DNA of 64,000 nt from Tubiluchus corallicola (GCA_030141605.1 JAQGDQ010000011.1:1236066-1300065); one strand, 5' to 3'; shown: positions 1-14,165, counted from the first letter of the stretch. Made by a program: numbers and translations. Notes: generated by a model not told the origin, from the letters alone.

Positions 1-164
1 AAGGCTTGGTGTCGCGTGGCAAACATTATGTAATAGTGGACACTGTGGCTAACTCACCCAAGGCTCACAGAAAACTCGCCCAGAAAGTTTTATTTGCTCC
101 GTGGATGTCGTTCACAGATAGTTCCATGACTCAGCAACAATGGTCAGCTAATTTCAAAACTAAC
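1..164 (+). CDS. MAN2B1: Lysosomal alpha-mannosidase (GH38), internal exon, 5'-truncated by the window edge
   Basis: Translates GLVSRGKHYVIVDTVANSPKAHRKLAQKVLFAPW...; donor AAC|gtaagc at 165. Confidence 0.85.
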
Positions 165-797
165 GTAAGCTCACATTTGATTGGCGGTATTTTAGCTATA
201 AAAGCATGTGACTACCTCACGTGACATGCCGAAAGTCTAGCATTAAACTTATTCACAAAACCATTAAAATTGAACGTGAACACAGTTAATAATTGCACAT
301 AAGACAAACTACCACTCAAATTAGAAACTGTCTTTTGATTATATCACTAGATTGGCGCCACTTATATCAAGTTCGAAATTAATTTTGCCATTTTTTGAGT
401 TGCTGTACCTGAATTTTGTATACAATTGAAAAACAATCACTTTTATGTCAGATTATAGCGAGCAAAATATTGGTCATCAAGTAAAACTTTTTTTAGTTTT
501 TGTACATGAACATTTCTTAAGAAACATAAAAACAGCTTATCAAAATTTCCATTCATACATAAACAATTACTTATACCTATAAACCTGAAAACATAGAAGT
601 AATTTTTGATATTCTAAATTTTTGACTAATGCATGTAGTATCTAAATTGTTGACTATAAATATTAGATTACTGATAATAAATGTGATTTTCTGATCACCA
701 CAACTGATCATTCGAATTTTTATTACTACGCAATACTATGTTGTACAATGTATACAAATGTACATAATATTTTACCATCTAATTGTTTTTCTTTCAG

Positions 798-947
798 TGG
801 TCAGGCCTAAATTTTGCACTACCACCAAATGTTCATGTTCTAACTTTAGAACAGTGGAGAGGTTCTAGCGTCCTGCTTCGACTGGAACACTTTTATGAGA
901 ACAATGAGGATCCAGTTTTATCGAAGCCAGCAACTGTCTCACTACCG
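798..947 (+). CDS. MAN2B1: Lysosomal alpha-mannosidase exon
   Basis: ttctttcag| acceptor; WSGLNFALPPNVHVLTLEQW...VLLRLEHFYE is the GH38 C-terminal signature; donor CCG|gtatta; 150 nt, phase 0-0. Confidence 0.92.
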
Positions 948-1458
948 GTATTAAGTGTGAAATTTGACTTAGTGATCATTTTGCAAGATGAGAAATCTTT
1001 AACCACTTATGATTATGTTTTGTCACCTATCAACCATAACGAAAAGGCTTAGCGGGGATCTTGACAGGCGAATTATAACTCTTTGGAAAGAGGTGGGATT
1101 GGGCTACATGATAATGTGTGTCGCTTTTTAGAAGGTCTCCACCAGGAAAGGCGGCTACGAGTTGATCGGGATGTTCCATTTTGGAAGAATCTTGCTTGAA
1201 AAACTGCTGACACATAGCCATTGTTCTGATGTCATTCAATTGTACCCTGCCTATAATTTTGCTCCAGTAAAAGCTGCTGACTTATGTAATTATGTAAATA
1301 CAATCTAATATCCTATTAAAGTGCAAGGATGGTAAAATAGTAAATGAACACTATGTAGGATGTTCGTGCATTGTTGATTATGCGTGCATTTATAAGCAAA
1401 ATCTTTTGCAGAGCCTCAGCTAGTTAATTATTATACAATCCATGAATGTGATTTGCAG

Positions 1459-1594
1459 AGGATGTTCAATCCTTTTGAGATCACAGCTGCAGAAGAGATG
1501 ACTTTAGCGGCAAATAAGGTGAAAAGTGAGGCAACACGGTTGCACTGGAAAACTGAAAATGACAGAAACAGAACTCCAAAGTCACCGTTGATGG
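1459..1594 (+). CDS. MAN2B1: Lysosomal alpha-mannosidase exon
   Basis: tttgcag| RMFNPFEITAAEEMTLAAN...RLHW; donor G|gtaaga; phase 0-1. Confidence 0.88.
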
Positions 1595-1665
1595 GTAAGA
1601 TAAAAACTAAATGCTCTATTGTTTTGCCATACACTATTTAGGCTTGAGGAACTATTTAAAGAACA

Positions 1666-2008
1666 TATATCAGGTGGCGCAAAAAATGTGCCAAAGTTTT
1701 GATCATGATATTATACAACGAAAACAACAGAATCACTTGAAAATTGCCACATTTATGTTACCTACAAACACCAAAAATTTTAGGTCATTCCCTTAGATTT
1801 TTCCAAAGATACAGAAGTTTTAGTACCTCTGCATCAAACAGCTCATAAGTTGAAAACCACTAAAACTATAAATTTGCAACTTTCACTGAGAAACGTAGTA
1901 TAATATGCTGATAATTATATCTCTAATAAGATTTCAATTTTGAGGGCACTTGCTTCTAATATTACTGTGGTCTAAACTTCGGCACATTTTTTCTATGCCA
2001 CCGATATA
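1666..2008. mobile_element. Tc1/mariner-type MITE in the last mannosidase intron
   Basis: Imperfect ~35-bp TIRs (TATCAGGTGGCGCAAAAAATGTGCCAAAGTTT ... AAACTTCGGCACATTTTTTCTATGCCACCGATA) with TA flanks; no ORF. Confidence 0.6.
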
Positions 2009-2076
2009 TGTACGATATATGTACAACGTAAATACATGTACATTATAACGGACATTTTTTCATGTTTTTTATACAG

Positions 2077-2195
2077 CTGCTTATTCAAACTATCTAAGAG
2101 AAACGGAGGTGGATCCACTACAGGTGACCCTGAATCCCATGGAAATACGAACATTTGTGCTTACATTAACAGAAGCAAATCAAATTGTGGATTAG
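2077..2195 (+). CDS. MAN2B1: Lysosomal alpha-mannosidase last coding exon
   Basis: ttttatacag| phase 1; ...VTLNPMEIRTFVLTL... is the canonical GH38 terminal LxPMEIRTF motif; stop TAG 2193-2195. Confidence 0.9.
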
Positions 2196-2840
2196 TCATG
2201 AACTTCTTTAGTAGCCAAAGAGAACAAGCAAAATTTTTTGCAAAGTAATGTGCAAAAATATCGCCATAAACAAACTGTGATCTTTGTACAAAATACAGTC
2301 TATTTACAGCATTTATTTTAGTGAAAAATCTACTGCAACAGGTGATATGGATGTAATTGAATTGTAAATAAAAAATAATTAATTCATACACTGTCAACAC
2401 AGCAAGCTGTGAACATGTTCAGATGACAATGGTTAAAAAATTTAAACAATTTTTATGAATGGAGCACAGATATTATGAAATTCAACACAATTTTGCACTA
2501 GTAATTCTGGGTGAGCCACAATGGAGAATAATATATTGGAAATGAAAGGATTTTATAGTTAACAGTCACTGGCGTGATACAAACTTTAGATTAACCAGCA
2601 AAAGTTTGTGGAAGTGTAACATCAAATTAGTGCAATAAAAACCTTCCACGGTGGAAATGTACTTGTATTAGTGATTAATAATCATTTAAATCTGGCACGA
2701 TTACTAAAATTGGATGTTAGTGTTTTTGTGAATGTAATTTATGTACAACAATAACAACAACCAGGCAACAGCAAACAGGCAACATATCAACTACATAAAA
2801 TATCGTATTCAAAAGGCTTTGTAGTTCTAACAAAACATCA

Positions 2841-3842
2841 CTATTTTTCCTCATTTTTGTTTTTTCCTAATTCATTTAAAATCTTCTGTTTAGCTTTTGT
2901 GGTTTTTCCAATGCCGAGTTTGGGCATCCCTCTATTTAAACCTTCCAGTAAGATGCAAGCTTTGCACAATGTGGAGCTGGATATGTAGCCGCATTGCGTA
3001 CATATACCCTGAACCGGCATTTTTACATCTTGCTTCACGGAGAAGCTCTCGGCTGAATGAATGATGTCCACAATGCTCCGCGAACGAATTGCTTCAAGAT
3101 CTTTTAGAAAAGTTCTAGCATGACCGCGGTAAGAATTCGGCGAATAAATACACTCGGTGGAAAAGTAGTCCAATTTCTTGAAATACGCGTACATCACAAT
3201 CTCTTTCTCGTATGTATACTTGAACGGTTTACACCGTGGTAGGTTGCCATCGCTACCCGTGGTGATTGCCGTACAACGCTGCAACCGAGCCACGTCTCCG
3301 CGCAAGATGTTCATGATTACAGTCTCCGCAATATCGTCCGCATTGTGTCCGGTAACAAGCTTATTAACGTTCAACATGGAAGCACCTCTATCTAAAGCCT
3401 GTCTCCTGAACACTCCGCAAAAAGTACAGTTATTTTTCAAACCAATTTGCTTAACAATCGCGTCCATTGTCCAACCGTACAGTTCCTCATATGAAAGAAC
3501 TTTAAGTGGAAGTTCATACTGATCTCTGTTCCTCTTGACTGTTTCAAGGGAATCATCCCGGTAGCCTGTGATGCCCTCGTCTATGGACAACAAAAACAGT
3601 TTCAACCCATAATCGTAGCGAGCATTTAACAGTTTCAGCACGTAAGCTAAAACAGTGGAATCTTTCCCACCGGAAGCGCCAATCGCCACAGTTTCACCTG
3701 TGACAAATAACTGTGAATCTACAATAGTCTTATGAACTTCTAATTCAAATGCATCAAAGAAGCAGTTTTGGCAAAGCTTTTCTCCTGTTTTCGGACGTTT
3801 CAGTGATGCTTTCTTCTCACAGCAGACACACTTTGCAGGCAT
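2841..3842 (-). CDS. CTU1: Cytoplasmic tRNA 2-thiolation protein 1 (Ncs6/ATPBD3), single-exon CDS, 333 aa
   Basis: PP-loop SGGKDS, CxxC Zn motifs, [37 protein letters not shown]. An acceptor ttttttgcatag| at 3872-3874 indicates an intron in the 5' UTR. Confidence 0.97.
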   Translation of the reverse strand: MPAKCVCCEKKASLKRPKTGEKLCQNCFFDAFELEVHKTIVDSQLFVTGETVAIGASGGKDSTVLAYVLKLLNARYDYGLKLFLLSIDEGITGYRDDSLETVKRNRDQYELPLKVLSYEELYGWTMDAIVKQIGLKNNCTFCGVFRRQALDRGASMLNVNKLVTGHNADDIAETVIMNILRGDVARLQRCTAITTGSDGNLPRCKPFKYTYEKEIVMYAYFKKLDYFSTECIYSPNSYRGHARTFLKDLEAIRSRSIVDIIHSAESFSVKQDVKMPVQGICTQCGYISSSTLCKACILLEGLNRGMPKLGIGKTTKAKQKILNELGKNKNEEK

Positions 3843-6800
3843 CTTTCAGATATGTAAAGGATAACACCTACCTATGCAAAAAACAAACTGCAAACTATAA
3901 TAAAAGTTGAGTAGTCTATTTGTAAAATACTGCGACAGTATTACAACGATGTTGGGTCCTCGCCGCCAGGGGATCTGATTGGTCACTCCCCTGGTCCTCA
4001 TTTCCTCGTATTTCGGAGGCCAAGTAATCCGGGTCCAATGCCAGGATAATGAAAACTTTATAAAGTCAGACAGAGGTTTGTTGAAGTAAACTTGTCCTGT
4101 GCACTTCATGCTTGTTGTTTCTCTGGAACAGGTGCCGTGATGGTAAGAACACCTGTCTGTTTACCTGCTGAATCAATGAGGCCATTCCATATCCGCAGTT
4201 TTACACCTGGTATGTAAAACTGATATGCAGTGGCTTCGGGAAATAGTTTTAAACACTGAGATAAGCATACAGCATACAAATGTAGATAAAATCAGATACA
4301 ATAAAAATTTCAATTGTATATTTTAAAAACACTATAACAAGGTGCAAAAATTTAGGTCACCAACAAATAAATAAAATTATTCACCTATATAATTAAGTGT
4401 ATGAAAAATAAGATAAATGTACACTGAGCAGCGTCTCCGGCCCATTTTACAGTGAAGATGCTGGGCAAAATGGGGAAAATTTCTTGTGGCATTCCTCACA
4501 AAAATGCAACTGCTTTGCTTGCTACGACACATTTCACACATATGCCTAGTGGGAAATTCTGTCGCCAGCTAGAACCAAAGTGTCCTACAGCAAAGCTAAT
4601 AAACATCAAATGTGACCTGGTCATTCTAGCGTTACTGCAGAACTTCTCCCAATTGACTTTCAACTGGCCATACAATGTTGCAACACCATATGCCATCTTA
4701 TCTCATTAATTGGGTGCACCCAGTAAGCACTCTTAAAAACATTATGTAGTGCTCACTGTACGTGATGGTCAGCAATAGCTACAAGCCTGCAACTCGCAAA
4801 GTAGCAGACGTTAGCTGTACACCCATAAAAAACTGTATAGTTTCTGTTTGAAATGAACTTTCCTGTTACACGGGTTTTTGCAAAAAATGGAAATTATCTG
4901 AAAATTCACTATGCGTCCTTTTCTTTGAGTCCTTGATGTAATATATACCTCAGATCTAACTGAACCTGCACAGTGGTATGCCAGTATTGATTTACTGCAG
5001 CAGCAACACAAACCATATGTTAAAAGAAGTGTATATGAAAGCCATGAGAATAGCAATGCACACTGTAGCAATAAACATATGAAGAGGAAAATCAACAAAT
5101 AAAAATTTGTTTGAAAATATAAAAAAACACATCTGTTAACGGCGAGGATGACGAATTCTTATTAAACAAAGGAAACTTTGTTTTGTTTCAGTCTACGCCA
5201 AAAGTCCCTTTGATACATTCAAAAGGTTTAATGTAGATCCAGAAAAGGACGAAGTCTAGGTATTGGTGTTTATAGATAACAAGTAGCCTCTAACAAATTG
5301 CAATAGAATTTTTATCTTCAGATTCTGTTAGAATGTGGTCTCAAGTACCCTCAACAAAATCAGTATTGGTACTTTTTAAATGTACGCACAAATCCAATAT
5401 GGTACCTACTGCAGCCAGAAATCTGTTATACCTCCTAAACCACTGAGCATAGATGAAGAAAGTACATTACTGACGGATAGGAAAGTGCACCAGAGGATTA
5501 CAAAAATGTCATTTTTCAATTATGGTGTCACAACGCCATTTTGTCAGGTCATATAGAGCATCATTGTCTCTTATTTTACTTTTGAGTGCTTGGCCCATTG
5601 AGTGGCGGTGGTAACCAACCTATAAAAGCTGTCAGCAAAGTCTATCATTTTGCCAACGTGTTACACTATGCTTGACCCAAGTGAGACGTGGGTGCAGCAG
5701 GTGTGAAAGCATTTGGTTGGTGGAGGGCAGGAGGCAGTGGCAAGGACCTGACTAGGCATGCCATATGTGGTGAACGAGACTAAATTGGCGTCGCTTGATA
5801 ATTTCACTGGAAATGGGTTACCCGCTCTCCGTTATAATTCTTCATTGGTATCAAAGTGAAACTAGCAGATGCAAAGTATGGCACACTGGCAACTTCAGTG
5901 GAAAGATGTCAGGAGCCTAAGGAACCAGCGGACAAAGTCCATGTCTCGCTGCCATACAATAGAATCAACATCACACAGCTGTCCAATAGACAGAGTTGGT
6001 CATCAAGCATATATTGTAGCTAGACCAAACTTTCATCACATGACCAAAGGCACTCCTTGCTAGCTTTCTCCAGCAACAACTAACATTAACAAAAAACTAA
6101 TGTTACTCTGCAAGACACCATGACCTGACAACAATTGCTCCACATCACTAACTTGGTTTAATTATCTTAAAGGCCGCGAACTATAATTAAATTGAGCATT
6201 GCATAATATTTACTTAATTTTTTGGTTAAATGAATTAGTCACGTTTAGTTGTTCCCAAACACAGGCAGTCTAACAATTACTTGAATTAGCAATACCAAGT
6301 TGACTAACCATTACATCTATTAGGTGAATTAACAAGAGTATTTCAGGATAGGTAAACAACGCCTAGTCCAGCAAGCACTATGTAGCATATCGTAGATACA
6401 GTTATAGTAGTAAGCAGATTATACTATACCTGTGGTTCAAAGCTTCCAGTGACTTTCTAAAAGTTGCAAGTACACTGTCAAAATTTAACTGCTTTGATTT
6501 TAGTTGTCCATTCCTCTGCCTTGATTTTATTATACAGATCCTGATTTGATATTTTCTTTGGTCATTTTATTCCCAGAGTTTTCCTGTAGTTTCTTCTTTC
6601 AATTTCTGAATTTGTGTTGTGCTTTGATTGTTCATAACTCTGAGTTATAGAGGAACACAGCTTCCACAATTGCAGCAAAGATTCTTAATTTTGTTTCTAG
6701 ACTGATCCTCTTACTTTCAAAATTTTTTGTTAATTTGGAATATGCAGTAGCCACGGACCAGTGAAAATCCGGCACCCACGGCACGAAAAATCTTGCAATA

Positions 6801-7589
6801 CGAGCGATCTTTGACAGAGTGTGTCAGCCACATGTCTTTGATTTTTGGCGCGATTGCTCATACATTTTAATTAAAAGCCAAATTCATACAGAATCTCAAA
6901 AACTGCTTCATTTCGAATGAAAGCCGAACTCTGTGGCCTAACTCATCGAAACAACTTAGTGGGTTCAGGTCAACTATAAAACAAAATAATAGTGAACTCA
7001 CGAATAGGGTGAGCATGCAATTTTGGCTATAAAAAAGCAGCAGGAAAAAAGCCTCAATAGTCACAATTAATTTTGGCTAGGAATAGGACTATTTAGGAGT
7101 TACAGTTATGTTAGTGTACAGTCAGGTTTAGGATTATTTCTTTTTTATAGTGCAATTTTTCTGTGAGTTTTCTCTGAAACTTTTTTCCAGTGACTTTTTT
7201 CTGTTGATTACCAGAAAGCAAATTCTAATCGAATTTGTGACTTTTAAACTCGAATCAACCCGAATTTCAGCATTTCCGAAACGAATTCGAATTCAGTTTT
7301 AAAGATTTTTGAATAAATTTGCGAAACACTAATAAAAAGTAGTCTCACAAAGATCGTGCATATTACTTTATTTGTTTTAGAGTAAAAATACTAATCGAAT
7401 TTGAATCTTCAAATTCCATTCAACCGTTTAGACTCGAATGTTCAATGATTATCACTCGTGAATGATTACTGATATCTACTCACGAAAATGACTAACAAAA
7501 TAATTACTTGTGCTACAGAAACAATTCTTGTCACAATTTATACAACGTTGCATGATACTAGTTATACTATCATTTGCACTTACATAATA

Positions 7590-8275
7590 CACGTAATATT
7601 GGGTCCTGCGACCTCGACATTTGATCTTAGGACGTCAACATAGATATGATTCCCCTGTCCCTAGGTGAAAGATAAAAACTTTGGGTCAAACAGTTTATTT
7701 GCTTGAAACTTGTCGACAAAGCTTGAAGTGGATTACAGACAGACAGATGACACATGGATGCACAAACGGAGTCATTACTATATGCGCTACGTCATTTACA
7801 AACAACGATATCATCTCTCAATTTCACACCGATACAACAACTGCAAGCATGGGCAGATGGACACTCATTCACGGCCGGATGCACAACGCACCGATGGATA
7901 CTAGCAACTGCATTTACAGGTTATAGAATATGTATGTTTCCAGAACTGGAAAGCCAACTGCAAAGCCAGCGAGTTGTATCATTTGCATTCATCATTTGAT
8001 CTGCTTTGGATGAACCTATAATAAGCATTGTTATTGTCACGCCATTCTGTCTCTCAATTTCACACGGATACTAACAACTTGACATTATAAGTCACGTCGT
8101 GCTTTATTCAAATATTTGTAATTGGGCGCTGGTTGTTCCAGCACAATGTAATTTCGTCAGATGTGTAATAAATATATTAAATTGAACTGCATTGACAGAC
8201 AGATGGATGACAGACGCGCAAATAAAGGCATTACTATATCCCACCGTGCAAATCGTTACAGGGGAATAACAACAG
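7590..8275 (+). mobile_element. Degenerate Helentron/HINE (DINE-1-like) non-autonomous element fragments
   Basis: GACCTCGACATTTGATCT motif, GACA/GATG microsatellite-like tracts, CATTACTATAT motif twice (~7774 and ~8229), and a terminal hairpin-like TATCCC...GGGGAATA. Family assignment is from recalled architecture only. Confidence 0.4.
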
Positions 8276-8299
8276 TGTTCAGTTTTCGAACGATTTGTA

Positions 8300-8962
8300 T
8301 TAAAGAATCCCAGCTTTTTGAAAGCCGAGGTACACCTGTCCCCCGCGATATCTAAACACCTATAAAATGCATTTAACTCAAAACCTTAAAAGGAATTGAA
8401 AAGTAATCGAAAAACTGACCGACTGACCTTTTGACAGAAATCACTGTTCACCATACCATTTTCAAGGCCCCTATTGCAGTGTCTACCTTGCAAATTTGGT
8501 GAATCTTCGTTTGCGAGTCACATGCATTAAAACTGGACGCCCTTATTTTTCAGATTTTGGTTCCTGTCTCATGTCTTTAAACAGTACCAGTTTTTTAACT
8601 ATACTATTGGCTTGCGCTAGCTGTCTTCCTTGCAAGTTTCGCGACCTACTTAGCAGAGTTTTAGAGTTATTCAATGTTCCGCATTTTTGCTCCTATCTCC
8701 GACTTTTAAAGGATCCCAGCTTTTTAAAAATCTAAGTGCACATCTCCACGTTACCGGAATAGCTATGCAAAAATATTAATTGAACTCAAAGCCATAGTTG
8801 GAGTTGAATGGTAATCGAAAAATTGACAAATGTCCAGTGTCCTTGACCATTTGGCCGAAGTCGCCGTTTACTATACCGCTTTGAAGGCCCCAGGTTATGT
8901 GACTGTAGCTCTCTGTCTTTGCGCGTTAACATGAATTAAAAAGTGGAAAACTGGATGCCTAA
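8300..8962. repeat. Two diverged tandem copies of a ~405-bp unit
   Basis: ATCCCAGCTTTTT at ~8307 and ~8713; GTAATCGAAAA at ~8403 and ~8811; AAGGCCCC at ~8464 and ~8884; AAAACTGGA at ~8529 and ~8947. Confidence 0.6.
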
Positions 8963-10511
8963 AATATTATGAAAAATTATGATGATGATGATGAAAATCA
9001 GTGCTATGGGTTTTCCTACATCCGCTCACGGATAAAAAGTCTTAGTGATTATAATATTAGCCTTGTAACGCAGAAGTACCTGGTTCAAATCCAAACTAAG
9101 TCTCAACTTTTTCATATTAACTTCTTTTTGTTTTTGGTCAAGTCTGGTTTCAGTCCAATCTTTAATCAATAACGATAACAATAATTATTATTACATGTAT
9201 ATATGCCTGCATTGGCAAAAATAAGGAATTTGTCATTTACCTATACTCGAGCTTTTAGAAAATTCTCTCATTTGTATAGTTCGGTACATTAACAGCTATT
9301 AATGGGTTTTGCTAACTACGTGGCACCAGATGCACAATAGGGGCAGACAGGTGAAAATAGCAAGCCTCATCACGGGGTAGTAATCTAGGTGGCTGCATAA
9401 TAATTATAACAGAAAATGTAGTTCTATACAGTGATAGTGAAATAATTATGCTCGTGGACTAGCGTTTCTTAAGGACTGCATTGTATTGTGGAGTGGCAGT
9501 GTGCTCTTAGCGTTTTCGCAAAAAAATCAGATGTAATTTTCTTATCTGTAGGGGCACCTCGTGTCGTAACAATATGTGCTTGTGACAAACCTTTCAACAT
9601 GGTTTTTTTACTTTTAAAGGAAAGGATAAGTCACTTTGCACGTTACATTTTTTACTGTTAGCACTCAAACTTACAAAACAAGACAAAGAAATTTGCAAAA
9701 AATGTGTATAAAGCATAGTTAGTTTATACTACCGCTGTAAATAAAATTTTTTAGACGCGGTGGTACCCGCATTCACTTGAGAATTATGGCGTAACTGGTG
9801 GACTTCGTGACTTTATGCATGATCATCGTGGCTGTCCGTAAGCGAGCTGCTTAAACTAATTCAAGCTTCTGTAGCTTATCTAATGTTCATGCAAAACTAT
9901 CACACATTAGTTATCAATTTTTTTGGAAAAACATTACACTTTTGACGGAAACTGAGGTGCTTTTCTTCAACCAATGAACGTCGTCATTGGTGGAAAAACG
10001 GGTGTTCAAAATGGGAGTGTCCACGCGTAAATGATCACAATTTTAAAGTTATTTTGTTAATTACACGACACACTTATTGCGCTTTTATTACTAAATCCTT
10101 CTAACATTTTGCGCAAACATTGAAATGAACCTAACTTTCCACAAGGCTTGTCCTTTCCTTAAACGACATTGTAGTAAGCTAGTGTTTAGTGATTGTATGA
10201 GAACTACTCGTAAAAGTTTTCGTCCTTTTCGTCACTCCAATGATAACTTCTTTTTTTCTTTTTCTCTGCTTACTTTATTTTTTATTTTTATTTTTTACAT
10301 CACAACAATTCACTTCATTCGTCAACTTTCATTGAATCTGTGCCGTTTCTCGATATTCTCAGACTTCTCAAAATGTACGCAAGCTAAAATTAGGTGATAC
10401 ACAACCGAGCCCGTTCTTTTCTTTTCGCTGGAGAACTTCTGTTTGTACGGCATCCAATTAAAACAGATTCTGTTGTGAACGTCTTCGAAATTTTACCTTT
10501 GACAACTCAAT

Positions 10512-10600
10512 GCTCATCATCATCATCGTCATTATTATCGTCATCGTAATGTGTCACACCATCATTATCATTATCATCACCATCATCATCATCACCACAT
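10512..10600. repeat. (ATC)n degenerate microsatellite
   Basis: Read directly from the sequence. Confidence 0.85.
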
Positions 10601-13029
10601 TCAACTCGCCTAAATGTAAAAACGAATTTAGTGCACTTGAAATGGCTACAAGTCAGATTACCTATTTACCGTGGATTGACAGTCTTGCTCACTCGTGCAG
10701 GTGCATAAAATCCCATAATTACGATAATATAAACATCGTACAGCAAATTTGTAATCGTAAACACGGTTTGAATTATACAGTTCTAAGCTGTACTTCGAGT
10801 ATACAGTTTGATTTCGGATTTGTGACGTACACTGGTATTCAAATAAAAAGTATTTTGTTTTCTCTTAAGAGTCTCTGCTGATTTTTTGTGTCGTGTAAAT
10901 AACCACGCGGACTAAGCGCGGGTAGAATTTCAGATGTCACACGAAGTAGAGGTATAAGAAATTAGAATCTAGTGTAGGTATGTATGTTAGTTTCAGTTAT
11001 AATGATGTGGCAGTAATCGACTGTACCAGTACTATTGTCAGCTTGCATTTACGCTTCGGACCTTTCGACGTGCATATTAATAGGCCTTTTCTAAGCGCAA
11101 TTTCGCTAAGTAGACTAATTTTAACGACTTATTAATCTACACCGAAATCTGCAAAAGGGATTTATCGAGATTTATGTTTTGATGTGTTGCACTTTGCTCG
11201 TTGTGTAATGCGTCATTGTACCATGTAACTGAGAAATTCTTTTAAAACATTGTGCAGTTTACTTAAAAACATTTAGTATTGTACTTCAAAATATTGTAGT
11301 AGTAATTACGTGATAATTTATTGAAAACTATCTTAAAACTTTGCTGTGGCAGTGAGAACTAGTTATGATTATTCAGCGTGAAAACTGACATTAAAATTTA
11401 GGCGTTATCAAAACAGGAAATTTGAGTGATAATAAATCAGGAAATAAGTGCATCCTTTTCAACACCAGCATATTTGCAATTTCACGTGTGCTTCCTCAAA
11501 TACTTTTGCAGGTTTAATACCTGAAGCTGTTTACAGGTAGCTTTTCACTAGCAGGCCTATTTCCAGCTTAAAAATGAGTGTGTAGTTCTGTGCATAATGT
11601 AGGCGCACGTGTTTTTCTTCACCACAGAAGTCGCAAGTGTGCTTGTCAAGTTCTGTTTAATAGGGCATGACAATTAGGCCTATACCATAGGCCTTTATGT
11701 ACCTGCTAGTCAGACTGCGTAGAAACGCTGTACATGGCTATACCTAAGAGGAGTAAGGTTTAAAGACGATTACAAGGGCCACACATTTCAACAGTTCAAG
11801 TGGTAAGCTGAAAAATGTCATTCTAACTTTGTAACTTTGCTTTTTTGTAAATGTTTTTGAGCTTCGCCAGATATAGGCATAAACTGAACGAACTGCGCTT
11901 GCAGCTTATATCAGGGTGTCAGTGTCACAAGAAGCTAACAAAATTTTAGATTTTTTGCTTTTGAAATTTTGTGTAGCTTTCTGTGTACAGCGCAGTTTAT
12001 GAAATGGCTTGTGTAGCTTTATCAGACTTTATAAATTTAAGAATGTAATTAAAGAGCCACTAAAAGCCACTAAGCTATAAAATTTTTGACTAATAAGCTC
12101 GGTTTCCACAATAGAAACACGTTTTACGCGAGAACTGCGTAAAATCTGGAAAGATCGTGGAAATTCAACCAAGTGCAACTTTCCGATCTTCTTGCTGCTG
12201 ATTATCAACGAAACACAATTTTTAAATGAAAATAATTGTCGCAGATTGTTACAGACAGTTCAGCATCAAAGCTAATATAAAATAACATGATTATACAATA
12301 AAGTTGAGGCACCTGCAGCAAAAATTTAAAAAAGAGCCAGCATGTAATCTCTCTGTTTGCAATTCTAGAAACGGCCTGTAAAATTGTAATACGCTTTTTA
12401 AATACATCTCGCATCCACAAAGTCTTTGTTTTCCTTTTGGACTTGTTATGAGCTTAAGGTAGGCCTACGCATGTAAAACAGAATGAGAATTAATTTTTTA
12501 CGCGGGTAAATTATAGATTGTTTTAAAACTTATTGTTCGTAGTAACTACATGTAGTAGATTGGCATGGCAACAATAATCGTCTGTATACAGATGCGAATG
12601 CCATGTGCTGTTTTGTAAAAATTGCACTATTTAGCGCTAATATATGCATCATAGTGTACATAGATGTAATACGTTATGTTATTATCTATGATGGATTAGA
12701 CATAGACATAGACAATTTTTATTTATCTCGTTTATCTGAATATATAGCCAACTCCATCATCTACGGTCAGCTGTTCTCAAAACACCTTTGGTTTATATGT
12801 GTCATTTTAGGGGTGAACATTGAACGTTTGATTTTAAAAAAACTTTGTGTAGTTTTCAGTATTTTGAAGCATACTTTATTTTGACCTAATGTCCACACAA
12901 TCGTCCGGTTTCGTTTAATCGTTGATCATGATTTTAAGTTTTTCGCTATGAATTTTTCACTAAGTTTTTAAACGACAAGAAAACACTCTTTACAAATGAA
13001 GCTTAAAAATATATCCTGAAATTTTGTAT

Positions 13030-13530
13030 AAATTACTGTGCTGTCTTGTTACGTAAAGGACTTGCGTTAACAGTAACCCTGTGTAAAATTGTTAATTTAA
13101 GCTCCCTCGATGACCATTAGGCGCAGCCATTTTAAGGTAAGTTGTTTGGAACAAGTTTAAATAACAATGCGTAGTTTGGAACAAGTTTAAATAACAATGC
13201 GTAAAGGTTGAATAATCAGAGTATTTATTAACTTCACTGATACTTCACGTCACTAACAATCACCCAATTCAATTACTTGATGTTGTCAATAAGATATGTT
13301 TTTGGTGAGTCAGCGTAGTCCACACTGGGACGGTGAGTCAGTGACATTTTGCCTATTTGCACGAGCATTTTAAATTACGAAGAATTTTCTTTTCTTGTTA
13401 CGTAATTAGGTTTTTCAAGCAGGTAAGCGTCATATTAAGTAATATAACTTTGTGTGGAAACTTTTTTGTATACCTTAAAATTGCCTTTTCTTCCTCTTTA
13501 CGTATTGTGTACAATAAGACAAACACAGAG
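13030..13530 (+). repeat. Interspersed repeat family, copy A (others at ~33730-34050 and ~45218-45690)
   Basis: Shared blocks GATGACCATTAGGCGCAGCCATTTTAAGGTAAGT, GTCAATAAGAT, ACACTGGGA, AAGAATTTTCTTT, AAGTAATATAACTTTGT; this copy has an internal 30-bp tandem duplication at 13144-13203. Confidence 0.8.
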
Positions 13531-13674
13531 CATAAGATACCAGAAGTAGTTCTGTTTAACGTATAACGCTGGACCATTTAGCATAATGTACGTTCTTGCG
13601 TAGGTCAGATCCGATTAAGATGTTAACTAACAATCTTATTTTCCCAGTGAGAAATAGATAATTATCGACGTGTC

Positions 13675-13799
13675 ATGTCTGGTAAGATGCCTACTGATTT
13701 GCTAGACTTGGATAGTCTGAATGAGAGGGAACGTGACCTGATCTTGCAGGTTCTCAAAAGAGATGATCGAATTCGCCGCATGGAGGAGGCCAGAATATT
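13675..13799 (+). CDS. Synaptotagmin-like protein (Slp4/5, bitesize-like), coding exon 1: SHD1 Rab27-binding helix
   Basis: MSGKMPTDLLDLDSLNERERDLILQVLKRDDRIRRMEEARI; upstream acceptor at 13645-13647; donor TT|gtaagt. Confidence 0.88.
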
Positions 13800-13974
13800 G
13801 TAAGTCTATGGCATTGATTCAGTGTTGAGAAGTACTAACCAACAGACCACAAGACATTAGGCTCAATAAAATCCGCTTTCATCTGCTTGCGACTGTTGAC
13901 GCACACGCCCTCTACAGGAGATAAATGCAGTCAAATTTTCTAACGACTTGTAAAGTATACCTAAAGTAAAGCAC

Positions 13975-14165
13975 AATGATGATGATGATGATGACGATGA
14001 TGATGGTGATGATGGCGATAGTGATGATGGCGATGATGTTGATGATGATGATGACGAATATGGTTATGATAGTGATGATAATAATGACTATGATGGCGAT
14101 CACAATAATTAGGATTATGATGACGACAATGATAGTAAAAACGACGACATCATTAATGATGATAT
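13975..14165. repeat. (GAT)n degenerate microsatellite
   Basis: Read directly; explains the poly-Met and poly-Ile pseudo-ORFs. Confidence 0.9.

Noticed and set aside
3178-3522. Antisense or alternate-frame ORFs overlapping real exons (also 17075-17458, 18873-19265, 27141-27569, 46624-46866, 63239-63469)
   Set aside because: Shadow ORFs of genuine coding sequence with no recognisable domains.
5192-5400. Exon-like plus-strand segments with AG/GT borders (YAKSPFDTFKRFNVDPEKDEV*)
   Set aside because: There is an in-frame stop and no recognisable homology; possibly decayed TE sequence.
9040-9130. tRNA gene candidates with a GGTTCAAAT B-box (also ~29055 and ~38147)
   Set aside because: No complete cloverleaf or acceptor stem; better explained as SINE heads.
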